Positions 9,569 to 19,826 of a DNA stretch of 64,000 nt are shown piece after piece. Every line of letters starts with the position of its first letter. The stretch's first letter is position 1. The position numbers were made by a program, and so were the translations under genes. The stretch lies in contig CAZZFS010000003.1 of the NCBI GenBank assembly GCA_964653805.1, forward strand, positions 7,495-71,494. The letters run 5' to 3'. This DNA comes from an uncultured Clostridiaceae bacterium. GTDB taxonomy: Bacteria > Bacillota > Clostridia > TANB77 > CAG-465. The notes beneath the pieces are model-generated. The model searched no databases, was not told the DNA's origin, and worked only from the letters and a program-made list of their open reading frames with translations.

Positions 9569-11326
9569 ATGAAAGAAAATAATATAACTTTGACTATAGA
9601 CGGAAAGCAAGTTAGTGTAAAACAAGGAACTAGTATTTTAGAAGCAGCTAGAAAAATAAATATAGATATTCCAACACTTTGTTTTTTAAAAGAAATAAAT
9701 GAAGTTGGACATTGTAGAATGTGCCTTGTTGAAATAGATGGTGTAAAAGGATATAAAACATCGTGTGTGTATCCAGCAGAAGATGGAATGGTAGTAAAAA
9801 CTAATACTAGAGATTTAATAGAAACTAAAAAAACAATACTTGAATTAATATTATCTGCACATGATAAAAAATGTTTAACTTGTATTAGAAATACAAATTG
9901 TTCACTTCAAGATTTAAGTAAAAGATTTGGAATAACTGATATAGAATTTGAAGGTGAAATGCCTAAAACTGATATGGATTTAACATCTGATTGTATTATT
10001 AGAAATACAGCCAAGTGTATACTTTGTAAAAGATGTATTAATATTTGTAAAAAAGTACAAGGTGTTTCTGCTATATCTAATGTTAATAGAGGATATAATT
10101 TAAAAGTAGGTGTTGCTTTTAATAGAGGAATAAAAGATTCAACATGTGTTGGTTGTGGACAATGTGTAATAAATTGTCCAGTTGGAGCACTTACAGAAAA
10201 AACTAATATATCTGAACTTGTTAAAGCAATAGAAGATCCAACTAAACATGTAGTTATACAAACAGCACCATCAATTAGAGCTACTATTGGAGAAGAATTT
10301 GGAATGCCAATTGGTTCTTTAGTAACTGGTAAAATGGTATCAGCTCTTAAAAAGGTTGGCTTTGATAAAGTATTTGATACAGATTTAGGCGCAGATATTA
10401 CTATAATTGAAGAGGCAAATGAGTTTATTTCTAGATTAGAAAAAGGAAACACACTTCCTATGATAACATCTTGTAGTAGTGCTTGGATTGATTTTGCAGA
10501 AAAATTTTATCCAGATTCATTAAAACATTTATCAACAACAAAATCACCAATGGAGATACTTGGTACTTTAATAAAAACATATTATGCTAAAAAAGTAGAT
10601 ATAGAACCAAAAGATATATATTCTGTTGCACTTATGCCTTGTTCTGCTAAAAAAGCTGAAATACTTAGAGAAGAATTAAAACTAGAAAATGGAATTTTAG
10701 CAGTAGATAATGTTGTTACAACTAGAGAAATGGCTAGACTTTTAAAAGAATCAAATATTGATTTATCAGTACTTGAAGATGAAGAATTTGATACTCCTTT
10801 AGGTGTTGCAACAGGTGCAGGTCATATATTTGGTACAACAGGTGGAGTAATGGAAGCAGCACTTAGAACAGTATCATATTTGATTGAAAAAAAAGAAGTT
10901 GAAAAAATTGAATTTAAAGAAATTAGAGGATTAAAAGGGATAAAAGAAGCTGAAATTTCTATACAAGGAAAAACATATAAAATAGCAGTTGCACAAGGAC
11001 TTGCTAATGTTTCTAAAGTAATGGATGAAATTCAAAATGGAACTAGTAAATATAGTTTTATAGAAGTAATGTCTTGTCCTGGAGGTTGTATAAATGGTGG
11101 TGGACAACCAATAATTCAAGAAGCAAAAGCTAGTAAAATAAACTACAAATTATTAAGAGCAAAAGCTTTATATAATGCTGATGAAAAATCTACATATAGA
11201 AAATCACATCAAAATCCAGAATTAAAACAAATATATAAAGATTTTATTGGAGTAGCAAATGGTAAAAAAGCACATGAATTATTGCACACAAAATATACTC
11301 CTAAAGAAGTATACAAAGAAGATTAA
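9569..11326 (+). CDS. hydA: [FeFe] hydrogenase catalytic subunit (group A3-type)
   Basis: H-cluster motifs TSCSSAW, MPCSAKKAE, EVMSCPGGCINGGGQP; N-terminal FeS domains; C-terminal AHELLHT. Confidence 0.94.
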   Translation: MKENNITLTIDGKQVSVKQGTSILEAARKINIDIPTLCFLKEINEVGHCRMCLVEIDGVKGYKTSCVYPAEDGMVVKTNTRDLIETKKTILELILSAHDKKCLTCIRNTNCSLQDLSKRFGITDIEFEGEMPKTDMDLTSDCIIRNTAKCILCKRCINICKKVQGVSAISNVNRGYNLKVGVAFNRGIKDSTCVGCGQCVINCPVGALTEKTNISELVKAIEDPTKHVVIQTAPSIRATIGEEFGMPIGSLVTGKMVSALKKVGFDKVFDTDLGADITIIEEANEFISRLEKGNTLPMITSCSSAWIDFAEKFYPDSLKHLSTTKSPMEILGTLIKTYYAKKVDIEPKDIYSVALMPCSAKKAEILREELKLENGILAVDNVVTTREMARLLKESNIDLSVLEDEEFDTPLGVATGAGHIFGTTGGVMEAALRTVSYLIEKKEVEKIEFKEIRGLKGIKEAEISIQGKTYKIAVAQGLANVSKVMDEIQNGTSKYSFIEVMSCPGGCINGGGQPIIQEAKASKINYKLLRAKALYNADEKSTYRKSHQNPELKQIYKDFIGVANGKKAHELLHTKYTPKEVYKED

Positions 11327-11414
11327 ATAATTATAAATGTTTAAAAAATATAAGTATAAGTATAAAAAAAGAAATTGATTTAAAATTTTAAATCAATTTC
11401 TTTTTGGTTTTAAA

Positions 11415-11789
11415 TTATTGGTTCCATTTCCAAACAGTTGGATTTCTAATTTCGACAAGCGAATTTGTTATTTTGTAGTTTTCTGGAATATCTTCTTTAA
11501 AAGATATTATTCTTTCTTCATGAGGAGCTAAATTAGTTATTTTTTTTCTGATTGTTAAAGAATCAAAATTTTCTCCTTTTATTGTCAAAACAACATCTAA
11601 ATTATCAACTTTCTGTTTACTATTATTATATATAGTAACAGTTTTTGAACCTGTACCAAAACCAAAACAAAAAGCTGAATCTACTGGAACATTTTTACCG
11701 CAACCAGTAAAAATTAAAACAAATAATACCAAACTTAGGATAACAAAACTTATCCGTAAAAACTTATTTTTTAATACTGAAGACCACAT
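11415..11789 (-). CDS. Putative lipoprotein with a small beta-sandwich domain (paralog 1)
   Basis: GGAGG before ATG 11789; lipobox-like IFTGC; similar to the two following genes. Confidence 0.7.
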   Translation of the reverse strand: MWSSVLKNKFLRISFVILSLVLFVLIFTGCGKNVPVDSAFCFGFGTGSKTVTIYNNSKQKVDNLDVVLTIKGENFDSLTIRKKITNLAPHEERIISFKEDIPENYKITNSLVEIRNPTVWKWNQ

Positions 11790-11977
11790 TAGCAAGAACC
11801 TCCTTTGATACAAATTTACATAATTATATCACGATTTGGCCAATTTGTCAATTTATGTAGCATAATTGTAAATTTAGTTAGTGTTATATAATTTGAATAA
11901 TGTTGATATTTTTTATTTGACATTTACATAATAAAATGATATAATTATGTAAAATAAAAATAGTGGAGGCTTTTAAA

Positions 11978-12433
11978 ATGAAAGGACTAATTAGTAAGTT
12001 GGATAAACGGATTTACATTATTTTTGTAATTACTGTTTTCTTGGTATGTATGTGTTGTATTGAAGTTAAAGCAGATGAAGGTGGCATCAAGTATGAATTT
12101 GAAGACTCTTTTCGTACAGTAATACTTTCTAACCAATCAGATTCGAAAATTAATATGATTAGGATGAAAGTATATATAGAACCTGAAAAAAAAGAAACAT
12201 TTCAAAATATATATTTTGAAAAAGATATTTCTTTTGAACCAAAAGAGGTTAAAAAAATAACATTTACAGAAGAAATACCAGAAAATTATGCTGTTTCGGA
12301 AGCAAATATTGTTTTTGAAACATTAATACCAGAATCTGAAAATAGATCAATAAATGATATGACAACTAATATAATTGTTTCAATATTTTTTTTCATATGT
12401 TTAATTATTTTATTTTTTAGTTTGATTGGATAA
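11978..12433 (+). CDS. Secreted, C-terminally anchored beta-sandwich protein (paralog 2)
   Basis: Signal peptide ending VKA, C-terminal TM; shares EIPENY/DIPENY with paralog 1. Confidence 0.7.
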   Translation: MKGLISKLDKRIYIIFVITVFLVCMCCIEVKADEGGIKYEFEDSFRTVILSNQSDSKINMIRMKVYIEPEKKETFQNIYFEKDISFEPKEVKKITFTEEIPENYAVSEANIVFETLIPESENRSINDMTTNIIVSIFFFICLIILFFSLIG

Positions 12434-12457
12434 ATAAAAAATGGAGGATATGTAGAT

Positions 12458-12931
12458 ATGTCAAAGATAATTCGGTTTATTGCGATACTTGTTTTTTTGT
12501 GTCTATGTTTAGTTTTTTTCACATCTTGTGAAGGACAAAATTATAAAGAAGATTTAAAAATAACATATGAATTTCAAGAAGATTTTCATAGTATATTAGT
12601 TTGTAATCAATCGTCTTTTAAATCAGAATCAATAAGGGTTGAATTAACTTTTATACCTAAAAATACTGAACTGTATAAAGAAAAACACTTGGAAAAATAT
12701 ATTTCATTGGAACAAAATGAAAAAAAGACTATAAGTTTAGATGAGGTATATCAAGATGGATTCTACGAAATCAAAGAAGTGAATGTCAAAATTGACAAAC
12801 TTCTTGATCAAGAAGAAGTAGAAATTGAAGATGATAAAAATTTCACAAAAACTTTTGTTATATGTGGTTTAATGATAGGAGGTACTATTACTTTAGTGAA
12901 CATTATTTTAGAAAAAAGAAAACGAAAATAA
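12458..12931 (+). CDS. Putative lipoprotein with C-terminal TM (paralog 3)
   Basis: Lipobox-like FFTSC; YEFQEDF..ILVCNQS matches YEFEDSF..ILSNQS of paralog 2. Confidence 0.7.
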   Translation: MSKIIRFIAILVFLCLCLVFFTSCEGQNYKEDLKITYEFQEDFHSILVCNQSSFKSESIRVELTFIPKNTELYKEKHLEKYISLEQNEKKTISLDEVYQDGFYEIKEVNVKIDKLLDQEEVEIEDDKNFTKTFVICGLMIGGTITLVNIILEKRKRK

Positions 12932-12956
12932 ATACAAATACAAAGAACACGAATTA

Positions 12957-13364
12957 TTAATTTAATTCGTGTTCTTTGTATATTTTAATCCAACCAAGTT
13001 TTAACCAAAGTGATATTTCATCATAAGATGGAATATTTTTATCTGGATGTTTTAGTAATATAATTTCTATATTTTTATTATAATTTAAATTTTGGACTAT
13101 TCCAAAAGCAAGTTCAGAAAAAGTAGCAGGTCCAATATATCCAGAAATACCATTTTTATCTTCATTCATAATAAATAAAACATCACAATTTGTAATTGCT
13201 TTAAAAAAGTTTTTATGAACATTTGGATATTCTTCTAAAAAAACTTTTTCTTTTATTGGTCTTGGATAATCTAAAATATTATATTTTTTATTTTTAAAAT
13301 AATCTAACCAATAAATTATTTTTTCTTCTAATTTTGTACTTCCTGATATGACTATATTTTTCAT
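12957..13364 (-). CDS. Nucleoside 2-deoxyribosyltransferase-like protein
   Basis: IVISGS...AITNCDVLFIMN...GYIGPATFSELAFG pattern. Confidence 0.55.
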   Translation of the reverse strand: MKNIVISGSTKLEEKIIYWLDYFKNKKYNILDYPRPIKEKVFLEEYPNVHKNFFKAITNCDVLFIMNEDKNGISGYIGPATFSELAFGIVQNLNYNKNIEIILLKHPDKNIPSYDEISLWLKLGWIKIYKEHELN

Positions 13365-13574
13365 TTAAATAATCTCCTTTATCTAATTAAATTATCTCTA
13401 TTGATTATATAATTAAATGCATAAATAGTCAATATATATTTACATAATGTTTTTGTACGTTTTGTATTGAATAATTAAAACTTTGTGATATAATTATATA
13501 AAAAATAATCTTATTAAAATATAGTTTTAGTTGTTATTTGAGAAAGAGTAAATAAATTCTTTTGAGGTGTTAAA

Positions 13575-14216
13575 ATGGTAAAGAAAGATTATTTAAACGA
13601 AATTATTAAAATTGTATGGATTTTTGTTATAGGAAGTCTTTTTGGATACTTATTAGAGATAATAGTAGCCTTGCTACAATACGGTCATTTTGTAAATAGA
13701 CAAGGTGTTTTGTATGGACCTTTTATACCTATTTACGGTGTTGGAGCAGTAATGTTACTTTTGATTAATAAAAAAGCTGAAAAATTAGTATATGTTTTTT
13801 TATTAGGAATGGTTGTAGGTGGATTTGTAGAATATATTGCATCTTTTATGCAAGAATTTCTTTTTGATACTGTTTCTTGGGATTATAGTAAATTACCATA
13901 TAATTTTGGTGGTAGAACTAGCATGTTACATATTATGTATTGGGGTATATTAAGTGTTATTTTTGCAATAATAGTAAAGCCAATATTGTATAAAATTTCA
14001 CCACATTTAGATAAGAAAGAGTTTAAATATTTTACTATTTTAGTTGTTATTTTTATGATTATTAATATAGAAATTTCATGTATCGCTGCATATAGACAAA
14101 GAGAAAGATTAGATAATGTAAAAGCAAATGGTATTGTAGATATTTTAATGGATAAATATTATCCAAATGAAGTATTAGACAAAACTTTTACAAATAAGAA
14201 AAAAATAACAGATTAA
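13575..14216 (+). CDS. Putative ABC transporter permease-like membrane protein
   Basis: GYLLE, GVLYGPFIPIYGVGA, WDYS..YNFGGR motifs. Confidence 0.75.
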   Translation: MVKKDYLNEIIKIVWIFVIGSLFGYLLEIIVALLQYGHFVNRQGVLYGPFIPIYGVGAVMLLLINKKAEKLVYVFLLGMVVGGFVEYIASFMQEFLFDTVSWDYSKLPYNFGGRTSMLHIMYWGILSVIFAIIVKPILYKISPHLDKKEFKYFTILVVIFMIINIEISCIAAYRQRERLDNVKANGIVDILMDKYYPNEVLDKTFTNKKKITD

Positions 14217-14292
14217 ATTTAAAATATACTTGATTCATAAAATCAAATATAGTATACTTACTTTGAAAATAAAATAAAGTGAGGTTTGTGCC

Positions 14293-15087
14293 ATGGATAA
14301 AAAAGTAAGAAAAAATTTACGAAAAAAAGTAATTATATCAATATTTGTTTTTTGTATTTTAATTTGTATTGCAGTAGGTATTTTTTTTGGATATAAATAT
14401 TTTAAAGATAAAATAATACCAAATGAAGAAATAAATATATATAATATAGATACTGAAAATACAGAAACAAAAACAGGTAGTAATAATAATGAGACAAAAG
14501 TTATAGTAACTGAAGAAGAAAAAACAAATAATGTAAAAGAAGATGATAACCCTATAACTGTTGGATTATATACTCAAGGTAATAGTGGCAAAGTTTTAAC
14601 ACCAAAGTACAATTCAAATTGGGACAGAGATGAAATAATTGGAATGTTTTATGTGTTATATACAAATAAAGAAAAAGTAAATAGTAATTTTTCTTCTTCA
14701 TGGAAAGAATATTATCAAAGTTATACTAATATAGATAAATATAAAATAGGATATAATATTAAATATACATTAAAAAGTGGGGATATAATAGATAAGCAAA
14801 TTTTAAAACCAGATGATGTACCATCTTTGTTTTCTAATTTACAACTTTATTTATATGATGATGTTACACCAATGCCAGGTAGAAGATATTATCATATGAC
14901 ACAACCTGAAGTTACTGATAAAACAATATATACATCAATAAAAATTGTTGCATATAAAGAAACTGTAAATGTAGTTTCGCCAATTGAATTAACTGTATTT
15001 ACTTATGACTCTGAAGATGATTTTGATAAAATTACAGGTAAATATATTGGTAAAAGTGTATATAAAACAACAATTATTAGAAAATAA
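14293..15087 (+). CDS. N-terminally anchored extracellular hypothetical protein
   Basis: Single TM, low-complexity linker, globular domain; good RBS. Confidence 0.75.
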   Translation: MDKKVRKNLRKKVIISIFVFCILICIAVGIFFGYKYFKDKIIPNEEINIYNIDTENTETKTGSNNNETKVIVTEEEKTNNVKEDDNPITVGLYTQGNSGKVLTPKYNSNWDRDEIIGMFYVLYTNKEKVNSNFSSSWKEYYQSYTNIDKYKIGYNIKYTLKSGDIIDKQILKPDDVPSLFSNLQLYLYDDVTPMPGRRYYHMTQPEVTDKTIYTSIKIVAYKETVNVVSPIELTVFTYDSEDDFDKITGKYIGKSVYKTTIIRK

Positions 15088-15104
15088 AGAGAGGAAGAAA
15101 ATAT

Positions 15105-15689
15105 ATGAGATATAATAGATATGATGAAAGTAATTATACAGACACAGAAAAATTAATAAATAATATAGGAAGAATTATATTTGGTTTCATTATGACTATT
15201 ATTGCTATAAATGTTTTTATAACAATGAATTATGATTTTATTAAAATTGTGATAATTCCTTTTTTATTAACAGGAGTAGGGATTGCAGCAAAGGGCATAA
15301 CAGGTATATTTTTTAAAAATATAGACATTAATATTAATAGTATTAGAAATATTTTAGTAGGTGCATCTATGGCAGTTTTTTGTGTATGGGTGGCTACAGC
15401 TACAAAAGATGATCTTACTAGAATTGTAATAATACCTTTTGCTATAGCAGGTATTGGTTTAGTTATAAAAGGTGTTATTGATTTGGTTTTTAAAAATAAA
15501 ATAACTAATTTTGATAATTTAGGTAAAAACATATTTAAGGTTGCATTTCTTGTATTTTGGTGTGGTTTTTTAATACTTTTTGATTATTTAGCAATTAAAT
15601 CAAATCAATTTGAGATAGTTATTTTTTCATTAGTATTTTGGATTGTTGGAATATATGTAGTATTTAAAAAGAAAAAAGAGGTAGAGTAA
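15105..15689 (+). CDS. Membrane protein with internal repeat
   Basis: IVIIPF...G.G...KG occurs twice. Confidence 0.7.
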   Translation: MRYNRYDESNYTDTEKLINNIGRIIFGFIMTIIAINVFITMNYDFIKIVIIPFLLTGVGIAAKGITGIFFKNIDININSIRNILVGASMAVFCVWVATATKDDLTRIVIIPFAIAGIGLVIKGVIDLVFKNKITNFDNLGKNIFKVAFLVFWCGFLILFDYLAIKSNQFEIVIFSLVFWIVGIYVVFKKKKEVE

Positions 15690-15704
15690 AAATATTTAGA
15701 TGTA

Positions 15705-16487
15705 GTGGTGATTAAATTGGATAAAATAGAAAAAAATAATAAAATAGGAATATTTGATTCTGGAATAGGTGGAGTTACAGTATTTAAAGAAATTTTAAAA
15801 GTACTTCCAAATGAAAAATATATATATTATAGTGATTCTTTAAATAATCCTTATGGAAATAAAAGTGATGATCAAATATATGAATTTAGTTGTAATATAA
15901 TTAATATATTTATAGAAAAAGGTTGCAAAGCAGTTGTAATTGCTTGTAACACAGCAAGTGCAAAAATAGCAAATAGGTTAAGAGATGAATATCTTGATTT
16001 AGTTATTGTTGCAATTGAACCAGCATATAAAATGGTACATGATTTTGCATATAATAAAGCTACTTTGGTAATGGCAACTGAAGGAACAATAAAAAGTGAA
16101 AAATTTAATAAATTATATAATAAATATAATAATCAAAAAACATATTTATTGCCTTGTAGTGGACTTGCAGACTTAATAGAAAAAAACAAATTTGAAGAAA
16201 TAGATGATTATTTACAAAAAACAATTGGTAAATATCAAGGCAATGTTGAAAATGTTGTGTTAGGTTGTACACATTATCCACTAATAAAAGATAAAATAGA
16301 AAAAGTGTTAGGAAATGTAACATTTTTTGATGGAGCATATAATTTAGCTATTCATTTAAAAGATATTTTAACAATAAAAGATTTGTTAAATGAATCTATT
16401 TCTCATGAAATAGATTTTATAGATTCTAGTGAATCTTTAGAAAAAAAAGAAAGATTTGATAATATTATTAAAAGTTATGATAATTAG
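15705..16487 (+). CDS. murI: Glutamate racemase
   Basis: IGIFDSGIGG, VIACNTAS, VLGCTHYP. Confidence 0.95.
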   Translation: MVIKLDKIEKNNKIGIFDSGIGGVTVFKEILKVLPNEKYIYYSDSLNNPYGNKSDDQIYEFSCNIINIFIEKGCKAVVIACNTASAKIANRLRDEYLDLVIVAIEPAYKMVHDFAYNKATLVMATEGTIKSEKFNKLYNKYNNQKTYLLPCSGLADLIEKNKFEEIDDYLQKTIGKYQGNVENVVLGCTHYPLIKDKIEKVLGNVTFFDGAYNLAIHLKDILTIKDLLNESISHEIDFIDSSESLEKKERFDNIIKSYDN

Positions 16488-16611
16488 ATAAATATATATT
16501 GATAAAAAATATATAATGCGTAATGCAAAGTTTAAAATATGAGACTCCTAGTATAAATACTAGGAGTCTCATATTTGTTTTTTGTATTTTTAAGAAATTA
16601 AATTATCTTAT

Positions 16612-17001
16612 TTATTCAATTTCTATTTTCTTTTTGTTAATTAAATCTTCTTTTTTAGGAACTTCAATTTTTAATAAACCATCTTCAAGTTTAGCTTTTA
16701 TTGAAGCACTATCAACATTTCCTAAATAAAATTGTCTTACATATTCGTTAGAAGTTCTTTCTTTTCTAATATAGTTTTTTGTTTCTTCCTCAGTTTCAGA
16801 TTTTTTTAAAGCTTTTATTGTTATATAACCATCATCAAAGTCAATTGTAACATCTTCTTTTTTAAATCCTGGTGAATCCATTTCTATATTGTAAATACCA
16901 TCTTTTTCGTATATGTTGCATTTTAAATCAGAAATACTTTCAGTTTGGGCAACATCTTCTAAAATGTCATCGAAGTAAATGTTTTTTGGTAGAAATCTCA
17001 T
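16612..17001 (-). CDS. Small heat shock protein Hsp20
   Basis: Alpha-crystallin motifs PGFKKEDV and IKAKLEDGLLKIEVPK; GGAGGTG RBS before ATG 17001. Confidence 0.92.
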   Translation of the reverse strand: MRFLPKNIYFDDILEDVAQTESISDLKCNIYEKDGIYNIEMDSPGFKKEDVTIDFDDGYITIKALKKSETEEETKNYIRKERTSNEYVRQFYLGNVDSASIKAKLEDGLLKIEVPKKEDLINKKKIEIE

Positions 17002-17230
17002 TTTCCTCACCTCCTTTTAACTTAAATTAAAAGTTTAAAACATACTTAATTAATTTTAAAATATTAAACCCTCCTTTCTTTATATTAAAATTATACATCT
17101 TTTTACAAGTAAAGTCAATATATCATTTTTAGTCATTGTATGTGATTTTTTTAATCTAAATAACTAGATTTTTTTGAAAAAATATGATAACATATTTTAA
17201 TGTATTTATACATATAATTTAAGGAGGTAG

Positions 17231-18391
17231 ATGAATATGTCAATAAATAGAATTATTTTAAATGAAACTTCATATTTTGGAAGAGGTTCAAGAGAGGTTT
17301 TAGGAAATGAATTAAATCAAAGGAAATTGAAAAAAGTTTTTGTTGTTACAGATAAAGTACTTTTAGAAGTAGGAGTAACGGATAAAGTTACAAATGAACT
17401 TAAAAAAAATAATATAGAATTTAAAGTTTTTTCAAAAGTAAAACCTAACCCTACAATTAAAAATGTAGTTGATGGTGTTTTAGAATGTAGAGAATTTAAT
17501 GCTGATTCAATAGTTGTAGTTGGTGGTGGATCTGCTATAGATACTGCTAAAGCAATAGGTATTATAATAGCAAATCCTGAATTTGAAGATGTAAAATCTC
17601 TAGATGGAGTGGCAAATACTAAAAATAAATCTTTACCTATAATAGCGCTTCCTACAACATCTGGAACTGCTGCAGAAGTTACAATAAATTATGTTATAAC
17701 AGATGAAGAAATGACTAAAAAAATGGTATGTGTTGATCCCCATGATATACCTGTAGTTGCAATAATTGATTCTGAACTTATGGAATCAATGCCAAAATCA
17801 ATTGCTGCTGCAACTGGAATGGATGCGCTAACTCATGCAATAGAAGGGTATATAACAAAAGCTGCTTGGACAATGACTGATATGTTTCATATAAAAGCTA
17901 TAAAACTTATATTTGATAATTTAGAAAAAGCAGTAAATGAAAAAGATAAAGAAGCAATTGAAGTTATGGCTCTGGCTCAATATAATGCTGGACAAGGTTT
18001 TTCTAATGTTGGTCTTGGAATAGTACATTCTATGGCACATCAATTAGGTGCTGTTTATGATACTCCTCATGGTGTTGCAAATGCTTTATTATTACCATAT
18101 GTAGTTAGATATAACGGTGAAGTTTGTGAGCAAAAATATAGAGAAATATTAGAAGTTTTAAATGTTGATACAAAAGAATTAAATAAAGAACAAGTAATTG
18201 AAACTTTAGTAACGAAAATATTTGAACTTTCAAAAATAGTTGGTATACCAGAAAAATTAAAAGATATTAATGTAAAAGAAGAAGATATACCAATGCTTGC
18301 TAAAAAAGCTTTTGATGATATATGTACAGGTGGTAATCCAAGAAGTACAAATGTTGAAGAAATAATCAAATTATACAATGAAGCATATTAA
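17231..18391 (+). CDS. fucO: Iron-containing alcohol dehydrogenase, lactaldehyde reductase type
   Basis: NRIILNETSYFG, GGGSAIDTAK, GMDALTHAIEGY, HSMAHQLG..YDTPHG. Confidence 0.85.
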   Translation: MNMSINRIILNETSYFGRGSREVLGNELNQRKLKKVFVVTDKVLLEVGVTDKVTNELKKNNIEFKVFSKVKPNPTIKNVVDGVLECREFNADSIVVVGGGSAIDTAKAIGIIIANPEFEDVKSLDGVANTKNKSLPIIALPTTSGTAAEVTINYVITDEEMTKKMVCVDPHDIPVVAIIDSELMESMPKSIAAATGMDALTHAIEGYITKAAWTMTDMFHIKAIKLIFDNLEKAVNEKDKEAIEVMALAQYNAGQGFSNVGLGIVHSMAHQLGAVYDTPHGVANALLLPYVVRYNGEVCEQKYREILEVLNVDTKELNKEQVIETLVTKIFELSKIVGIPEKLKDINVKEEDIPMLAKKAFDDICTGGNPRSTNVEEIIKLYNEAY

Positions 18392-18515
18392 AGAAATGTT
18401 AAAATACATAAAAAAATTACATAAATGTTGAAAATCACAAATTATTATGTTATAATACTCTCGTTAAGAATAAAAAAAGAAATAAAAATTTATTTTTTAG
18501 GAGAAGGGTATATTT

Positions 18516-19067
18516 ATGAAGACAAAAAGATTTATTGTTGGCAGGGATGTGTATTCACGGATTTCATGGAGTAAATTTAAAGATTTGATGTTGGACTATG
18601 GCTTTAAACTTGGTTATAGTGAACAAAATCTTAATGTTATTTTTAATCAAAAAGTTGAAGATGAAATTTGTTTATTCTATCATGAAAAAAAAGGTTTTGT
18701 ACTTTTTGCTGAATCATATATGAATATGGTTTATGTGAGTCGTATAAAAGTTTATGGTGAGATTTTAGGAAATCTTGAGAGTTTTAATAAAACTCAAAAA
18801 GAGATATTAAAAAAACTAAAAATAAAATATGAAGAAAATGGTAAAACAAAAGATTCAATAACTTTTAATTTGGGTATTAAAAATGGTTTGCTTGAATTAC
18901 TTGAATTAATTTCAGAGCATTTTGAATTATCTTCTATTTGGAATAAGACTTGCCACATGCCCTGTTGTTTTGAAACTGAAAATAACAAAGAGAATCTAGC
19001 TAGTTTAGCGGTTGAAAGATTAAAACGTTCTGATGTTGGTTTAAGACGAATTGTCGGAATTGAGTAA
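18516..19067 (+). CDS. Hypothetical protein (paralog of 20978-21661)
   Basis: FYHEKKGFVLFAES...VSRIKVYGEI shared with the downstream paralog. Confidence 0.75.
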   Translation: MKTKRFIVGRDVYSRISWSKFKDLMLDYGFKLGYSEQNLNVIFNQKVEDEICLFYHEKKGFVLFAESYMNMVYVSRIKVYGEILGNLESFNKTQKEILKKLKIKYEENGKTKDSITFNLGIKNGLLELLELISEHFELSSIWNKTCHMPCCFETENNKENLASLAVERLKRSDVGLRRIVGIE

Positions 19068-19161
19068 TAAAAAAGAAATGATATTTTACAAATATCATTT
19101 CTTTTTTATTGACTGATACTTTTTTCTTAATTTCATATTATCATTTTTTTATATTTTTCAC

Positions 19162-19192
19162 TTGACTTTGAGTGAACTTAAAGTTGTATAAT
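19162..19192 (+). promoter_or_regulatory. MerR-type promoter with 19-bp spacer and dyad operator
   Basis: TTGACT-19bp-TATAAT with imperfect dyad CTTTGAGT-GA-ACTTAAAG over the spacer; merR gene downstream. Confidence 0.8.
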
Positions 19193-19440
19193 GTAGTGTA
19201 ATTAAATTAAAGATATGATATAATATTTAGAAAAATACACAGAAATTAAAGCAAAAAGAGCTTTAAATTTGGATTATATACAAAAAAACAAGTAAAAAAA
19301 TGTAAAATTTCATTAAAAAGGGTGCTTTATATCAAATATCGTAGTATAATAGGAAAAAGTGAAAAAACATATATTATATCAAAATTTATATATAATATAT
19401 TTAAAATAAAATTTGTAAATGGTAAGGAGGTGATAAAATA

Positions 19441-19824
19441 ATGACAATAACGCAAGTCGGTAAAACATATGAGCTTACACCAGATACACTTAGATATTAT
19501 GAACGTATTGGATTAATTCCAGAAGTGAATCGAAATAAAAGTGGAGTAAGAGATTATACAGAAGAAGATTGCAAATGGGTTGAGTTTATTAAATGCATGA
19601 GAAGTTCAGGACTTCGCATAGAAGTATTAATTGAATATGTTACGTTATTTAAAAAAGGTGAAGAAACATTAGAAGCTAGAAAAGAAATATTAATTGAGCA
19701 ACGTAAACAATTAATTGAAAAAAAGAATGCAATAGAAGAAACAATAAATCGTTTAAATATAAAAATAGATAGATATGATGATTTAGTTATATCTAGTGAA
19801 AAAAATCTAAAAAAGGGGGAATAA
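19441..19824 (+). CDS. MerR-family transcriptional regulator (AdhR-like)
   Basis: DTLRYYERIGLIP..R..SGVRDY...FIKCMR. Confidence 0.92.
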   Translation: MTITQVGKTYELTPDTLRYYERIGLIPEVNRNKSGVRDYTEEDCKWVEFIKCMRSSGLRIEVLIEYVTLFKKGEETLEARKEILIEQRKQLIEKKNAIEETINRLNIKIDRYDDLVISSEKNLKKGE

Positions 19825-19826
19825 AA

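Noticed and set aside
17002-17230. CIRCE element upstream of hsp20 or Rex box upstream of the alcohol dehydrogenase
   Set aside because: No TTAGCACTC-N9-GAGTGCTAA; Rex-like matches are too degenerate in this AT-rich background
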